A stretch of 64,000 nt of DNA. Origin: Bacillota bacterium. GTDB taxonomy: Bacteria; Bacillota; Clostridia; Peptostreptococcales; Anaerovoracaceae. Under the pieces are notes generated by a model. The model did no database searches. It was not told the origin of the DNA and saw only the letters and a list, made by a program, of their open reading frames with translations. Positions 18,740-28,648 of this stretch are shown in pieces. The translations under genes and the position numbers were made by a program. The stretch lies in NCBI GenBank assembly GCA_017445315.1, contig JAFSUI010000029.1, positions 10,015 to 74,014 of the forward strand, written 5' to 3'. Within the stretch, counting starts at the first letter, position 1; each line of letters opens with the position of its first letter.

Positions 18740-19666
18740 CTATTCAAACAAAGGTGTAGAAAAATATCTTTCGGCTGTATCAGGTAGGATTGTTACTACA
18801 GTCTTTCCTGGGCCGAGTTTCTTTGCGAGGCGAACTGCCGTAGTGACGTTTGTTCCGCTGGATATTCCACAGAGGAGACCTTCCTCTTTTGCAAGGCGCC
18901 TTGACATCGCAAGTGCTTCCTCGTCAGTAACCATCTCAACGTGGTCGTAGATTTCTGTGTTTAGGATTGCAGGAATCAATCCGTCGCCGATTCCCATCTG
19001 TATGTGAGTTCCGATTTCTCTGCCTAAAAGTATAGCTGCATTCTCAGGTTCAACTGCCCATATTTCTATTCCCGGATATTTCTCGCGGAGCACCTCACCT
19101 ATTCCTGTGATAGTTCCACCCGTACCGATTCCTGAACAGAACCCGTCAACAGCTACATCCAAATCCTCAAGGATTTCCTGTGCAGTATGGTTCTTATGCG
19201 CCAATGTATTGTTTATATTCTCAAACTGATGAGGAACAAAAACTCTCGGATCATTCGCCTGTATCTCAAGTGCTGTTTTGAGGCAGTTCTCGATGCACTC
19301 ACCGATATCGCCGTTATCATGAACAAGAATAACTTCCGCGCCATACATCTGAACCAGTTTTCTTCTCTCTTCGCTTACGGAATCCGGCATGACGATTTTT
19401 GCCTTGTATCCTTTGACTGCAGCAACGAGAGACAGACCGATTCCCTGGTTTCCGCTTGTCGGCTCAACTATAATGCTGTCTTCCTTTAAAAGTCCCTCTT
19501 CTTCTGCGCGAAGAATCATATTAAGAGCCGTTCTGGTTTTGATTGAACCACCAACGTTTAGTCCCTCGAACTTAACAAAGATTCTTGCACTTCCCTCTTC
19601 TGGGATATTGCGAAGCTCGATTAAAGGTGTGTGTCCAACTGCTTCCAAAATGTTGCGATAAGCCAT
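18740..19666 (-). CDS. cysK: Cysteine synthase family PLP enzyme
   Basis: GGSIKTR, EPTSGNQG, GIGTGGT, PDTAERYFST. Confidence 0.85.
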   Translation of the reverse strand: MAYRNILEAVGHTPLIELRNIPEEGSARIFVKFEGLNVGGSIKTRTALNMILRAEEEGLLKEDSIIVEPTSGNQGIGLSLVAAVKGYKAKIVMPDSVSEERRKLVQMYGAEVILVHDNGDIGECIENCLKTALEIQANDPRVFVPHQFENINNTLAHKNHTAQEILEDLDVAVDGFCSGIGTGGTITGIGEVLREKYPGIEIWAVEPENAAILLGREIGTHIQMGIGDGLIPAILNTEIYDHVEMVTDEEALAMSRRLAKEEGLLCGISSGTNVTTAVRLAKKLGPGKTVVTILPDTAERYFSTPLFE

Positions 19667-19714
19667 GCGTGTTCCTCCTTATGCTATTAACCAATTTGCT
19701 TTCACAAGTTTTAG

Positions 19715-21433
19715 TTATCCTGCTAGTTTCTGTGTATTAAAGAGCTTTGCATATCCGCCGCCGAGTTCCATTAATTCTTCGTGGCTTCCTTGCTCAACTA
19801 CTTTTCCTTTTTCTATCAAAACGATTCTATCTGCGTTTCTTACTGTCGCGAGTCTATGCGCGATTACAAGGCTCGTTCTTCCCTTTGCTAGCTCGTCGAA
19901 CGACTGCTGTATCGCCTGCTCAGTTATTGTATCCAGTGCTGATGTTGCCTCATCCAGAATCAGAATTCTCGGATTCTTAAGGAAGATACGCGCGATAGAA
20001 ATTCTTTGCTTCTGTCCGCCCGAGAGCATCGTTCCGCGCTCACCGACGTATGTATCAAAGCCTTCCGGCATCATCATGATGTCGTCGTAGATTCTTGCCC
20101 GCTTTGCCGCCTCCTCCACTTCCGCATCGGTCGCAGACGGCCTTCCGTATCTTATATTATTCATAATCGTATCCGCAAAGATAAATACATCCTGCTGAAC
20201 GATTCCGATGTTCTCCGCGAGAGACTTCATGGTGACATCACGAATGTCCTGATCGTCTATTTTAATCGCACCGGACTCAACATCGTAGAACCTCGGAATA
20301 AGTTGACAAAGCGTTGTTTTTCCGCCGCCTGAATGACCAACGATTGCAACGGTCTCTCCAGCTTTAACATGGAGAGTTATTCCATCAATAACCTCATCCC
20401 TATTGTCATAGGAGAAATATACGTCCTCTATATCTATCTTACCCTTATCGAGTGCAAGTGGCTTGGCATCTTCTTTATCTTTGATGTTTGGCTCAACCGC
20501 CATTATCTCCATAAACCTGCTAAGTCCAGCTGTTCCACTTGCCAAAATCTCAGCAAAGTTTACAAGTTTTCTAATCGGCGTGATAAACGCATTCACAAAC
20601 AGAGTAAAGGTTACGAGGTCAACGTAATCCATCTGTCCATCCATTATTAGCTTACCGCCCACAGCAATTACGACCACCGGGAATATGCATAGGAAGAAAT
20701 CCTGCGATGCCATGAATCGCCCCATAGCTTTATAGTAATCTGACTTTGCGGTTTTAAATCTTGAGTTGGAACGATCAAAGCGCTCATAGTCAACCTCCTG
20801 GTTTGCAAACGCTCTAGAGGTCTTGATTCCGGAAATGCTCGCCTCCGCATCCGCATTGATGTCCGCCATCTTGCGCTTAACCTCAACCGATGCGCGAGAC
20901 ATACCCTTCCTCTGCATGATAATTATGAAAATAACTATCGGAAGAAGCAGCGCAAGCACTATCGCGAGTCGCCACTGAATCGTAAAGAGATAAATGAGCG
21001 CACCGATAATCGTTAGCGAGGCAATCAGAATATCCTCGGGACCATGGTGCGAAAGCTCGGTAATTTCAAACAGATCGCCCGTGAGCCTACTCATAAGTGT
21101 ACCGGTTCTATTTTTGTCATAGAATCCAAAGTCCAGTTCCTGAAGATGCGTAAATAGATCGCGCCTGATATCCGCCTCTACCCTGACACCAAATGTATGC
21201 CCCCAATAAGTCATCGTATAATAGCCGAGCGACCTGAGAAGATAGAATACCGCAACAATTCCCATGATTACAAAAAGAAGCGTGTACTTATGCTCAGGTA
21301 TAAGTTCGTACATCGCTCTTCTTGAAATAATAGGAAACGCCAAGTCCACCGCAGCGATGAACATGGCGCAACACATATCCAATATAAAAATCTTTTTATG
21401 TGGTTTGAAATAACCAATTAACGTTTTAAACAT
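19715..21433 (-). CDS. ABC exporter, fused permease/ATPase
   Basis: TM domain plus GHSGGGKTT, LSGGQKQR, DEATSALD. Confidence 0.92.
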   Translation of the reverse strand: MFKTLIGYFKPHKKIFILDMCCAMFIAAVDLAFPIISRRAMYELIPEHKYTLLFVIMGIVAVFYLLRSLGYYTMTYWGHTFGVRVEADIRRDLFTHLQELDFGFYDKNRTGTLMSRLTGDLFEITELSHHGPEDILIASLTIIGALIYLFTIQWRLAIVLALLLPIVIFIIIMQRKGMSRASVEVKRKMADINADAEASISGIKTSRAFANQEVDYERFDRSNSRFKTAKSDYYKAMGRFMASQDFFLCIFPVVVIAVGGKLIMDGQMDYVDLVTFTLFVNAFITPIRKLVNFAEILASGTAGLSRFMEIMAVEPNIKDKEDAKPLALDKGKIDIEDVYFSYDNRDEVIDGITLHVKAGETVAIVGHSGGGKTTLCQLIPRFYDVESGAIKIDDQDIRDVTMKSLAENIGIVQQDVFIFADTIMNNIRYGRPSATDAEVEEAAKRARIYDDIMMMPEGFDTYVGERGTMLSGGQKQRISIARIFLKNPRILILDEATSALDTITEQAIQQSFDELAKGRTSLVIAHRLATVRNADRIVLIEKGKVVEQGSHEELMELGGGYAKLFNTQKLAG

Positions 21434-21514
21434 GAGGTAATTATACTATCGGCTAGGCAGTTTCACAACCCACTTACTGATGAATCCGGTTTCTATGAAC
21501 AATTATGATAAAAG

Positions 21515-21590
21515 AAAAAAGGCTGCCATACGAGGCTCCGGTTAGATGCTTAAATCTAACTATTGGATTTACCTCAATATGACAGCCTTT
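21515..21590 (-). terminator. Long multi-stem hairpin ending in a U-tract, downstream of the flavocytochrome gene
   Basis: AAGGCTGTCATA/TATGGCAGCCTT outer stem, nested GAGG/CCTC and GTTAGAT/ATCTAAC stems, T6 tail on the minus strand. Confidence 0.65.
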
Positions 21591-21611
21591 CTTATGCCTT
21601 ATTTTTGGTTT

Positions 21612-23510
21612 TTATTTGCTTGCCTGCTCGCCTGCAATTCTACCAAATACTATGATGTCAGCAACTGCGTTTCCGCCAAGACGGTTGGAGCCGTGAACAC
21701 CACCGGTAACTTCGCCGGCTGCATAGAGTCCAGGAATTACTGCGCCATTTTCATCCAACACTTCAGCATTGCTGTTGATTGCGATACCGCCCATTGTGTG
21801 GTGAACGCCAGGCTGTACCGTAAGTGCATAGAAGTGCTCTTCTAGCGGATTAGCAAAGCTTGTACGTCCAAACTCAGGATCGTTCTTGGCAGCAACATAT
21901 GAATTCCATGTTTCAATTGTCTTGGCAAGTGTTTCAGGATCGGATCCCATAGCCTCTGCCAGTTCTTCAGGTGTATTTCCTTCTACCATCCATCCTTTGC
22001 TGTGGTAACCCTGGATAACAGCGGATGCATCCATCATCTTCTGGTCAACAATCAGCCATGCATATTTTCCTGTCTGATTGTTTTCAGCAGCGGATACTTT
22101 GTCACGTGTGGATACTTCATCAAAGAAGCGAAGTCCTTCTTGGTTTACAAGGATTGCGCCGTCTCCACGGAGACCTTCTGTAATAAGGTTTGCGGAACCG
22201 TCCTCAGCAACATGTACTGTTGGGTGCAGCTGGATTTGCTCCATATCTACTGTAGCCGCGCCGGCTTCCTGCGCCATTACAATACCCTGTCCCTGTGCGC
22301 CGGGAGCATTTGTTGTGATGTATCCGTCGAGTTCAGAATTGAGTGCTGCGATCATATCGTTATTTGCACCAAAACCGCCTGTAGCGATGATTACAGCATT
22401 TGCTTTGATGGTTACCTTGGAGCCATCTGCGGAAACAGCCTCTATACCTACTGCCTTTCCATCTTCCATTATAATCTTGTTTGCTGTTGTGCTATAGAGT
22501 ACTTCTACTCCCGCATTCTGTGCGCTTTCTGTAAGAACCTGTACAAGATAAGAACCAACAGGAACAACCTTGCCCTCTTCGTTTACAGGACGGTGGATTC
22601 TCTTAACGGAAGCACCACCAAATGCCGCAACATTATGAAGAATTGCATTGTTCTGCTCCAGCCAATCAACTGCAGCTGCAGAATTCTCTACCAATGTCTT
22701 TACGAGTTCAGGATTGTTAAGTCCGGAACCGCCGATAATTGTGTCGAGCTGAAAGAGTTCGGATGAATCAAAGTATCCTGTCGGATTTGCTTTGTATTCA
22801 TCGTACTGAGCCTGAACAGTAGCTGCAAGTTCATGGATTACTTCTTCGCCTGCACCGGTATACTCCGCTGCTTTTGCAAGTGTCTTCTCAATACCTGCTT
22901 CTTCGCCAAACTCGTTCTCATCCTGGAAAACAGTCTTTGCTGCGTTCATACCGCCTGTTGAACGGGAGGAGTTACCGCCTGCGAGAGCCTGGCTTTCTAC
23001 AACCAAAACTTCTTTTCCATTCTCTTTTACGGTAAGAGCAGCTGTTAGACCTGCACCACCTGCACCGATGATAACAACGTCAGTTTCTCTTTCTGTATCC
23101 TGAACCTCAGCTATAGCCTCACCTGTTCCGGATAGTTCAACGCCACCGGATTCAAGTGCTGCACCAAGAGCCTCAAGGAATGCAGTTGAAGTTACTGTTG
23201 CTCCAGAAACTGCGTCAATATCCAGTGACTGCGCTTTGATTACGTTCTCTACCAATAGTGGAAGCGCTGCGCCGCCAACTGTAGGTGTCTCACCTTCTGC
23301 AGTATAGTCGATTGCCTCAACCACACCGTCTGTTACGGTAATTTCAACGTCAACAGGTCCGCCAAATCCCTCTGCTGAACCTGTGAGTGTGAGTGTTTTG
23401 CTTTCTTCGGAGCCACCATTATTTGCTCCGCCATTATTGGTCGTGTTACCACAAGCTACTAATGACAGTGTCAAAACCACTACCAATAATAATGCTATAA
23501 CTTTCTTCAT
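21612..23510 (-). CDS. Lipoprotein flavocytochrome c / fumarate reductase-like flavoprotein with an FMN-binding domain
   Basis: Lipobox LVAC; DAVSGATVTS flavinylation motif; GAGGAG; QLHPT, TEGLRG, TRD, HHTMGG, NRLGGN. Start set at MKKVIAL. Confidence 0.9.
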   Translation of the reverse strand: MKKVIALLLVVVLTLSLVACGNTTNNGGANNGGSEESKTLTLTGSAEGFGGPVDVEITVTDGVVEAIDYTAEGETPTVGGAALPLLVENVIKAQSLDIDAVSGATVTSTAFLEALGAALESGGVELSGTGEAIAEVQDTERETDVVIIGAGGAGLTAALTVKENGKEVLVVESQALAGGNSSRSTGGMNAAKTVFQDENEFGEEAGIEKTLAKAAEYTGAGEEVIHELAATVQAQYDEYKANPTGYFDSSELFQLDTIIGGSGLNNPELVKTLVENSAAAVDWLEQNNAILHNVAAFGGASVKRIHRPVNEEGKVVPVGSYLVQVLTESAQNAGVEVLYSTTANKIIMEDGKAVGIEAVSADGSKVTIKANAVIIATGGFGANNDMIAALNSELDGYITTNAPGAQGQGIVMAQEAGAATVDMEQIQLHPTVHVAEDGSANLITEGLRGDGAILVNQEGLRFFDEVSTRDKVSAAENNQTGKYAWLIVDQKMMDASAVIQGYHSKGWMVEGNTPEELAEAMGSDPETLAKTIETWNSYVAAKNDPEFGRTSFANPLEEHFYALTVQPGVHHTMGGIAINSNAEVLDENGAVIPGLYAAGEVTGGVHGSNRLGGNAVADIIVFGRIAGEQASK

Positions 23511-23708
23511 GTCCTTCTCCTTTTGCTTTAATCTAGCCAAAACATTATGATTATGCACCCTCTGGGGCGCTACGGTACATCATTATACTCTTTTAAAAAA
23601 ATCTTTCTGCAGTATTCACAATAAAAAACGTAGGATTCTTACCTACGCTTGTCATTGAGTTATTTTGGTTCACACTAAATCTTTAATCATACAAACAAAC
23701 CATAAGAA

Positions 23709-24257
23709 TCACAGTTGCTTCATCATCCACTCGGAGTCGCCGTATGTTCCGTCCTTGTATTTTACATTGTGTGGGAAAACTCCGTATTTTACAAAACCCA
23801 GTTTCTCATATAGGGCTTTTGCTGCGTCATTGGTCGATATAACGTCGAGTTCTGCCTGCTCGTAGCCCACATCCTTTGCGATATCAAGTATAAGCTCGAG
23901 CATCTTTCTACCGATTCCTCTTCCCCAGTATTCCCTGTAAAGAGCAATCGCAATACCGCATCTATGAAGGTATCTTAGATTTGCACCTATCTGCATAAGT
24001 GAGCACGCACCAACAAGCTTGTCGCCATCATAAGCAACAAGCATTTCCTCCCTCTCGGACTCGATACGTGTCTTGAGAAAATCCTCCTCCTGTTCAATTG
24101 ACGGCAAGCTCTCTCCGGCTTCCCTGAGCAAGAACCGCGTCTCCTCTGCAGTCTTTCCCATGTATTCAATTAGATTAGGACCGTCGGAAAGTTCAACACT
24201 TCTTATTACGATTTTGCTCCCGGTCTTGTCTATGAACTCAATCAAATGCTTATCCAT
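23709..24257 (-). CDS. GNAT family N-acetyltransferase
   Basis: YWGRGIG, N..A..LYEKLGF. Confidence 0.9.
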   Translation of the reverse strand: MDKHLIEFIDKTGSKIVIRSVELSDGPNLIEYMGKTAEETRFLLREAGESLPSIEQEEDFLKTRIESEREEMLVAYDGDKLVGACSLMQIGANLRYLHRCGIAIALYREYWGRGIGRKMLELILDIAKDVGYEQAELDVISTNDAAKALYEKLGFVKYGVFPHNVKYKDGTYGDSEWMMKQL

Positions 24258-24275
24258 TAACTCACCTCTCTTCCA

Positions 24276-24647
24276 TCAATTAGTTCCTTCGTCATACAGT
24301 ATCAGCGCAAGCATTCTGCATGGCTCGTCCTTTACATTCGTGATTGCATGGCCCTCACCGGAATAAGTAATCGTGATATCGCCCGGATGAAGCGTCGTTA
24401 TTGTATGATCCGTATCCTCGTACTCAGCTTCTCCCGAGAGAATCAAATAGATCTCTCCGTCGCCCTCGTGAACGTGAAAGCCGATACCGCAGTTCTTTTC
24501 TAGAACATTCTCGTTAAACAGGCGACCCTTTCCGTAGAGTTCTTCGTCAGAATTAATAACCCTTGTAACATCAATCACTCCGGGCCCACCAAATCTTTTT
24601 TCAAGAAGCGCCTTCTCGCGCTCTTCTTTTCTTCTTATGATACTCAT
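24276..24647 (-). CDS. Cupin domain protein
   Basis: HVHEGDGEIY...GEGHAI; start at MSIIRR after GGAGG. Confidence 0.85.
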   Translation of the reverse strand: MSIIRRKEEREKALLEKRFGGPGVIDVTRVINSDEELYGKGRLFNENVLEKNCGIGFHVHEGDGEIYLILSGEAEYEDTDHTITTLHPGDITITYSGEGHAITNVKDEPCRMLALILYDEGTN

Positions 24648-24670
24648 GGGATAACCTCCATCTATACAAA

Positions 24671-25129
24671 TTATATGCAAAAACGTTCCGGGCTGGGAAG
24701 TTTTACAACCCATTTACTGATGAACCCACCTTCACCGGCAGTCGTTCTTCCACCCACCATATGTGCCTCTCCGGGCAGAATTGCAACAAAGCAACCAGGT
24801 TTCAGAAGTACTGCAGATCCGCGCGGAGACCCTATCAGTTTCATTCCATCCCCGCCATCCGGAAGTGGCTCACCAGGTTGCAATTCTTCCTCGGGACATA
24901 TATGTATAGTCTCCTCTCCATCAAAGCACATCATAAGATCAATAGTATGGCTATGCACTTCAAATTTACGTTTTTCATCAGGTTTGGTTTCGTATTCTTT
25001 GAAGCGCACCTCAAAAGGCAATCCTTCGGCGTGGCGCGTCCTGAAGCGCTCCGACAATTCTTTCGCATACGGTAGCAGTTCCTCATATAGCGAAAGCCTT
25101 TCAACAGTATCCATAATCATCGAATTCAT
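24671..25129 (-). CDS. YhcH/YjgK/YiaL family protein
   Basis: FEVHSHTIDL, PGEAH, KWVVK. Confidence 0.8.
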   Translation of the reverse strand: MNSMIMDTVERLSLYEELLPYAKELSERFRTRHAEGLPFEVRFKEYETKPDEKRKFEVHSHTIDLMMCFDGEETIHICPEEELQPGEPLPDGGDGMKLIGSPRGSAVLLKPGCFVAILPGEAHMVGGRTTAGEGGFISKWVVKLPSPERFCI

Positions 25130-25197
25130 TCTCCTTATAAAAATTCATTCCCTGGTCAGCAAATCTTTTTCTAGCCCTAGCAAGCTAACTGACCAAA

Positions 25198-25800
25198 TCA
25201 CTCTATAGTCAGCCCCTCCGTAGGCTCATTGAACAGAAGATCTAGAAGGTGTCTAGGAGTTTTGTCTGTCATGCTGAAGCTGCGAACGCATGCAGTACAA
25301 TATACAACCACATCGTTTTCTGTAAATTCTTCTACTCTGGCATTGGCCATTCTTATTCTTTCTTCGCGCTCGGTAGCGCATCCTCCACAGCAGATTGTAG
25401 TCTCGCGAGTATGCACAGGCTCAACTAGTGCGATATTCATCCTTTTGCAAAACTCTCTTGCATCGTCCTGCTTATCCGCAGAATACCTCTTTCTTGATTG
25501 GCAGGAATCGTGAATGGACATCCTTTGCCCATGATAGTCAGGGAAAGGAAAATCCGTATCAAGAAGAACTTTCCACAAAGAAATAATATCTGCGTTGGGA
25601 TAAATAACCCCATATTTATAGCTACACCCAGGGCAGCAGTCAATAACCGTCATCTGTTCATCAGAACTCTCGCAATCCTTGCAGCAAGTCAACGACATTT
25701 CGTCTATGATTTCTCGTTCAAGCAGAAATTGCCGAATCTTCTCAATTAAGTCAGGCTTGTACTTGTGCAACGCACATCCCGGAGCAAAAATAGTTTTCAC
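25198..25800 (-). CDS. Cys-rich (CCG-type) Fe-S binding protein
   Basis: APGC, CC, CPGC, HDSC, CCGG, YCTAC. Confidence 0.75.
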   Translation of the reverse strand: MKTIFAPGCALHKYKPDLIEKIRQFLLEREIIDEMSLTCCKDCESSDEQMTVIDCCPGCSYKYGVIYPNADIISLWKVLLDTDFPFPDYHGQRMSIHDSCQSRKRYSADKQDDAREFCKRMNIALVEPVHTRETTICCGGCATEREERIRMANARVEEFTENDVVVYCTACVRSFSMTDKTPRHLLDLLFNEPTEGLTIE

Positions 25801-25867
25801 AATGGCATCCTCCTACAAAGGAATTATACCATATCAAATATTGAGCAAAAAAGTACTTTTGCCACAG

Positions 25868-25900
25868 AAAATGCCCCGACTCCATATGGAAGTCGGGGCA
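25868..25900 (-). terminator. Terminator after ppdK
   Basis: TGCCCCGACT/AGTCGGGGCA stem plus T-tract. Confidence 0.8.
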
Positions 25901-25923
25901 AATTGACGCATAATATGTATCGC

Positions 25924-28545
25924 TTATTTATTCTTAATTACTGCCTGTGCTGCTGCGAGTCTTGCGATTGGTACTCTGTAAGGTGAGCAGCTTACGTAAT
26001 TAAGGCCTGCCTTGTAGCAGAACTCGACTGATCTTGGATCGCCGCCGTGCTCTCCGCAGATACCGAGCTTGATATTGCTTCTTGTGGCCTTACCTTTGTC
26101 GCATGCCATCTTTACGAGCTGGCCTACGCCGTCCTGGTCAAGTGTACCAAAGATATCATCCTTAAAGATGCCCTTCTCCTCATAGACCTTGATGATCTTT
26201 CCTGTGTCGTCTCTGGAGAAACCGAATGTCATCTGTGTGAGGTCATTTGTTCCGAAGGAGAAGAACTCTGCATATTCAGCAATCTGGTCAGCTGTGAGTG
26301 CTCCTCTTGGAGTCTCAATCATTGTACCTACGAGATACTTAATGTCTGATCCCTTTTCTTCTTTGCACTTCTCAGCTGTTGCAACTACGATATCTCTTAC
26401 ATACTTCATTTCCGTATCCATTACAGTAAGCGGAATCATGATTTCGGGAACGATATCAAAGCCCTTTTCTTCCTTAACTTCGATTGCAGCTTCTATTATA
26501 GCTCTTGTCTGCATCTCAGCGATTTCAGGATATGTAACCGCAAGACGGCATCCACGGTGACCGAGCATTGGGTTGAACTCGTGAAGGTCAATATTGGCCT
26601 TTTCAAGCTTCTCCATAGGAATTCCATATTTGTCGGAAAGTTCCTTCATATCTGCTTCTGTCTTTGGAAGGAATTCATGTAGCGGTGGGTCTAAGAGTCT
26701 TATTGTAACAGGTCTCTCTTCCATAACTTCATAGATTCCCTTGAAGTCGCCCTTCTGATAAGGAAGAAGTCCATCGAGTGCAGCGCGTCTTTCTTCTTCT
26801 GTGTCAGCAACGATCATACGACGGATTGCCGGGATTCTCTCTTCTTCAAAGAACATGTGCTCAGTACGGCAGAGGCCGATACCTTCTGCGCCGAACTCGA
26901 TAGCCTGCTTAGCGTCAGCAGGTGTATCGGCATTTGTTCTTACGCGGAGAGTTCTTATTCCGTCAGCCCAACTCATGATGAGAGCAAAGTCGCCGGAGAG
27001 CTCAGGTGCAACTGTTGCGATTTCGCCTTCATATACGTCACCGGTTGAACCGTTGAGTGAAATGAAGTCACCTTCTTTATATGTCTTTCCATCAACTGTG
27101 ATGGTCTTATCTGCTTCGGATACGTGGATTGCTGAGCAGCCTGCTACGCAGCACTTACCCATTCCTCTTGCAACTACTGCAGCATGGGATGTCATTCCGC
27201 CACGAGCTGTAAGGATTCCCTGTGCGGCAACCATTCCAGCGAGGTCTTCTGGTGATGTCTCTTCTCTTACGAGGATAACCTTATCTCCGTTAGCTGCAGC
27301 AGCTTCAGCATCAGCTGCTGTGAAATAAATCTTACCGAATGCAGCACCAGGTGATGCAGGAAGTCCCTTTGCAATCTTAACTGCCTGCTTTTCAGCGTCA
27401 GCATCAAAGCTCGGGTGGAGGAGCTGATCGATTGCTTCCGGGTCAACTCTCATAACAGCGGTTTCCTTATCGATAAGGCCTTCTTCTACGAGGTCAACAG
27501 CAACCTTTACAGCGGCAGCTGCTGTACGCTTACCGTTACGTGTCTGGAGCATAAAGAGCTTATTGTTCTCAACTGTGAACTCCATATCCTGCATGTCCTT
27601 ATAATGCTTCTCAAGGATTTCTGCAGTCTTTACAAAGTCCTTATATACATCCGGGAAGGATTCTGCCATCTCGGAGATTGGCTTTGGTGTTCTGATACCT
27701 GCAACAACGTCTTCACCCTGTGCGTTTACAAGGAATTCACCAAAGATTGCCTTTTCGCCGTTAACCGGGCTTCTTGTGAATGCAACGCCTGTACCGGAAT
27801 CGTCACCGGAGTTACCGAATACCATGGCCTGTACGTTTACAGCTGTTCCAAGGTCATCCGGAATTCTTTCCATCTTTCTGTAGAGGATAGCTCTCTCGTT
27901 ATTCCAAGAACGGAATACAGCCTGGATGGCTGCGAGAAGCTGTTCCTTTGGTTCCTGCGGAAAATCTACGCCGAGTTCGTTCTTATATAGTTCCTTATAG
28001 CCTTTGATTACTTCCTTTAAGTCTTCTGCTGTGAGGTCAACGTCATACTCAACTCCGGCCTTCTTCTTCTGACCATCAAAGATTGCATCAAACTTGGACT
28101 TGGAAACTTCCATTACAACGTCGCCGAACATCTGGATAAAACGTCTGTAGCTATCATAAGCAAATCTTTCGTTTCCTGTCTTTGCTGCAAGTCCCTTAAC
28201 GGCATCGTCATTAAGACCAAGGTTAAGAATTGTATCCATCATACCAGGCATTGAGAATGGTGCGCCGGATCTTACAGAAACGAGAAGCGGATTATCTATG
28301 TCTCCGAATTTCTTTTCCATAACCTGCTCGAGCTCTGCAAGATGCTCATAAACTTCATCGATAATTGCAGGGTCAATTACGTTACCCTTTGCAATATAGT
28401 CCTTACAAGCATCTGTAGTTACAGTGAAACCAAATGGAACCGGAAGTCCAATCTTGGTCATCTCAGCAAGGTTTGCACCCTTTCCACCGAGTACATACTT
28501 CATGTCTTTTGATCCCTCGTTAAAGGAATAAACAAATTTCGCCAT
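25924..28545 (-). CDS. ppdK: Pyruvate, phosphate dikinase
   Basis: GGKGANL, RGGMTSHAAVVARG, GLCRTEHMF, SFGTNDLTQ, GICGEHGG. Confidence 0.98.
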   Translation of the reverse strand: MAKFVYSFNEGSKDMKYVLGGKGANLAEMTKIGLPVPFGFTVTTDACKDYIAKGNVIDPAIIDEVYEHLAELEQVMEKKFGDIDNPLLVSVRSGAPFSMPGMMDTILNLGLNDDAVKGLAAKTGNERFAYDSYRRFIQMFGDVVMEVSKSKFDAIFDGQKKKAGVEYDVDLTAEDLKEVIKGYKELYKNELGVDFPQEPKEQLLAAIQAVFRSWNNERAILYRKMERIPDDLGTAVNVQAMVFGNSGDDSGTGVAFTRSPVNGEKAIFGEFLVNAQGEDVVAGIRTPKPISEMAESFPDVYKDFVKTAEILEKHYKDMQDMEFTVENNKLFMLQTRNGKRTAAAAVKVAVDLVEEGLIDKETAVMRVDPEAIDQLLHPSFDADAEKQAVKIAKGLPASPGAAFGKIYFTAADAEAAAANGDKVILVREETSPEDLAGMVAAQGILTARGGMTSHAAVVARGMGKCCVAGCSAIHVSEADKTITVDGKTYKEGDFISLNGSTGDVYEGEIATVAPELSGDFALIMSWADGIRTLRVRTNADTPADAKQAIEFGAEGIGLCRTEHMFFEEERIPAIRRMIVADTEEERRAALDGLLPYQKGDFKGIYEVMEERPVTIRLLDPPLHEFLPKTEADMKELSDKYGIPMEKLEKANIDLHEFNPMLGHRGCRLAVTYPEIAEMQTRAIIEAAIEVKEEKGFDIVPEIMIPLTVMDTEMKYVRDIVVATAEKCKEEKGSDIKYLVGTMIETPRGALTADQIAEYAEFFSFGTNDLTQMTFGFSRDDTGKIIKVYEEKGIFKDDIFGTLDQDGVGQLVKMACDKGKATRSNIKLGICGEHGGDPRSVEFCYKAGLNYVSCSPYRVPIARLAAAQAVIKNK

Positions 28546-28648
28546 ACTTTCTTTTCTCCTTTTTTAAACTTAAGTTACTTCTTCTTAAGCCTACTCTCCC
28601 AATCTCGTCGAGGCATATATTAAGAGCACCTATAAGGCGCTCTTTAAT

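Noticed and set aside
21474-21502. CTGATGA…GAAC resembling a hammerhead ribozyme core
   Set aside because: There is no stem II, no GAAA and no flanking stems.
22002-22766. 254-aa plus-strand ORF, and similar long ORFs opposite ppdK, the hydrogenase and the yhcH-like gene
   Set aside because: They lie antisense to well-supported genes, have no motifs or SD, and are expected from codon bias.
28605-28620. TCGAGGCATAT shared between the ppdK and guaA upstream regions
   Set aside because: A single 11-nt non-palindromic match in different contexts; compatible with chance.
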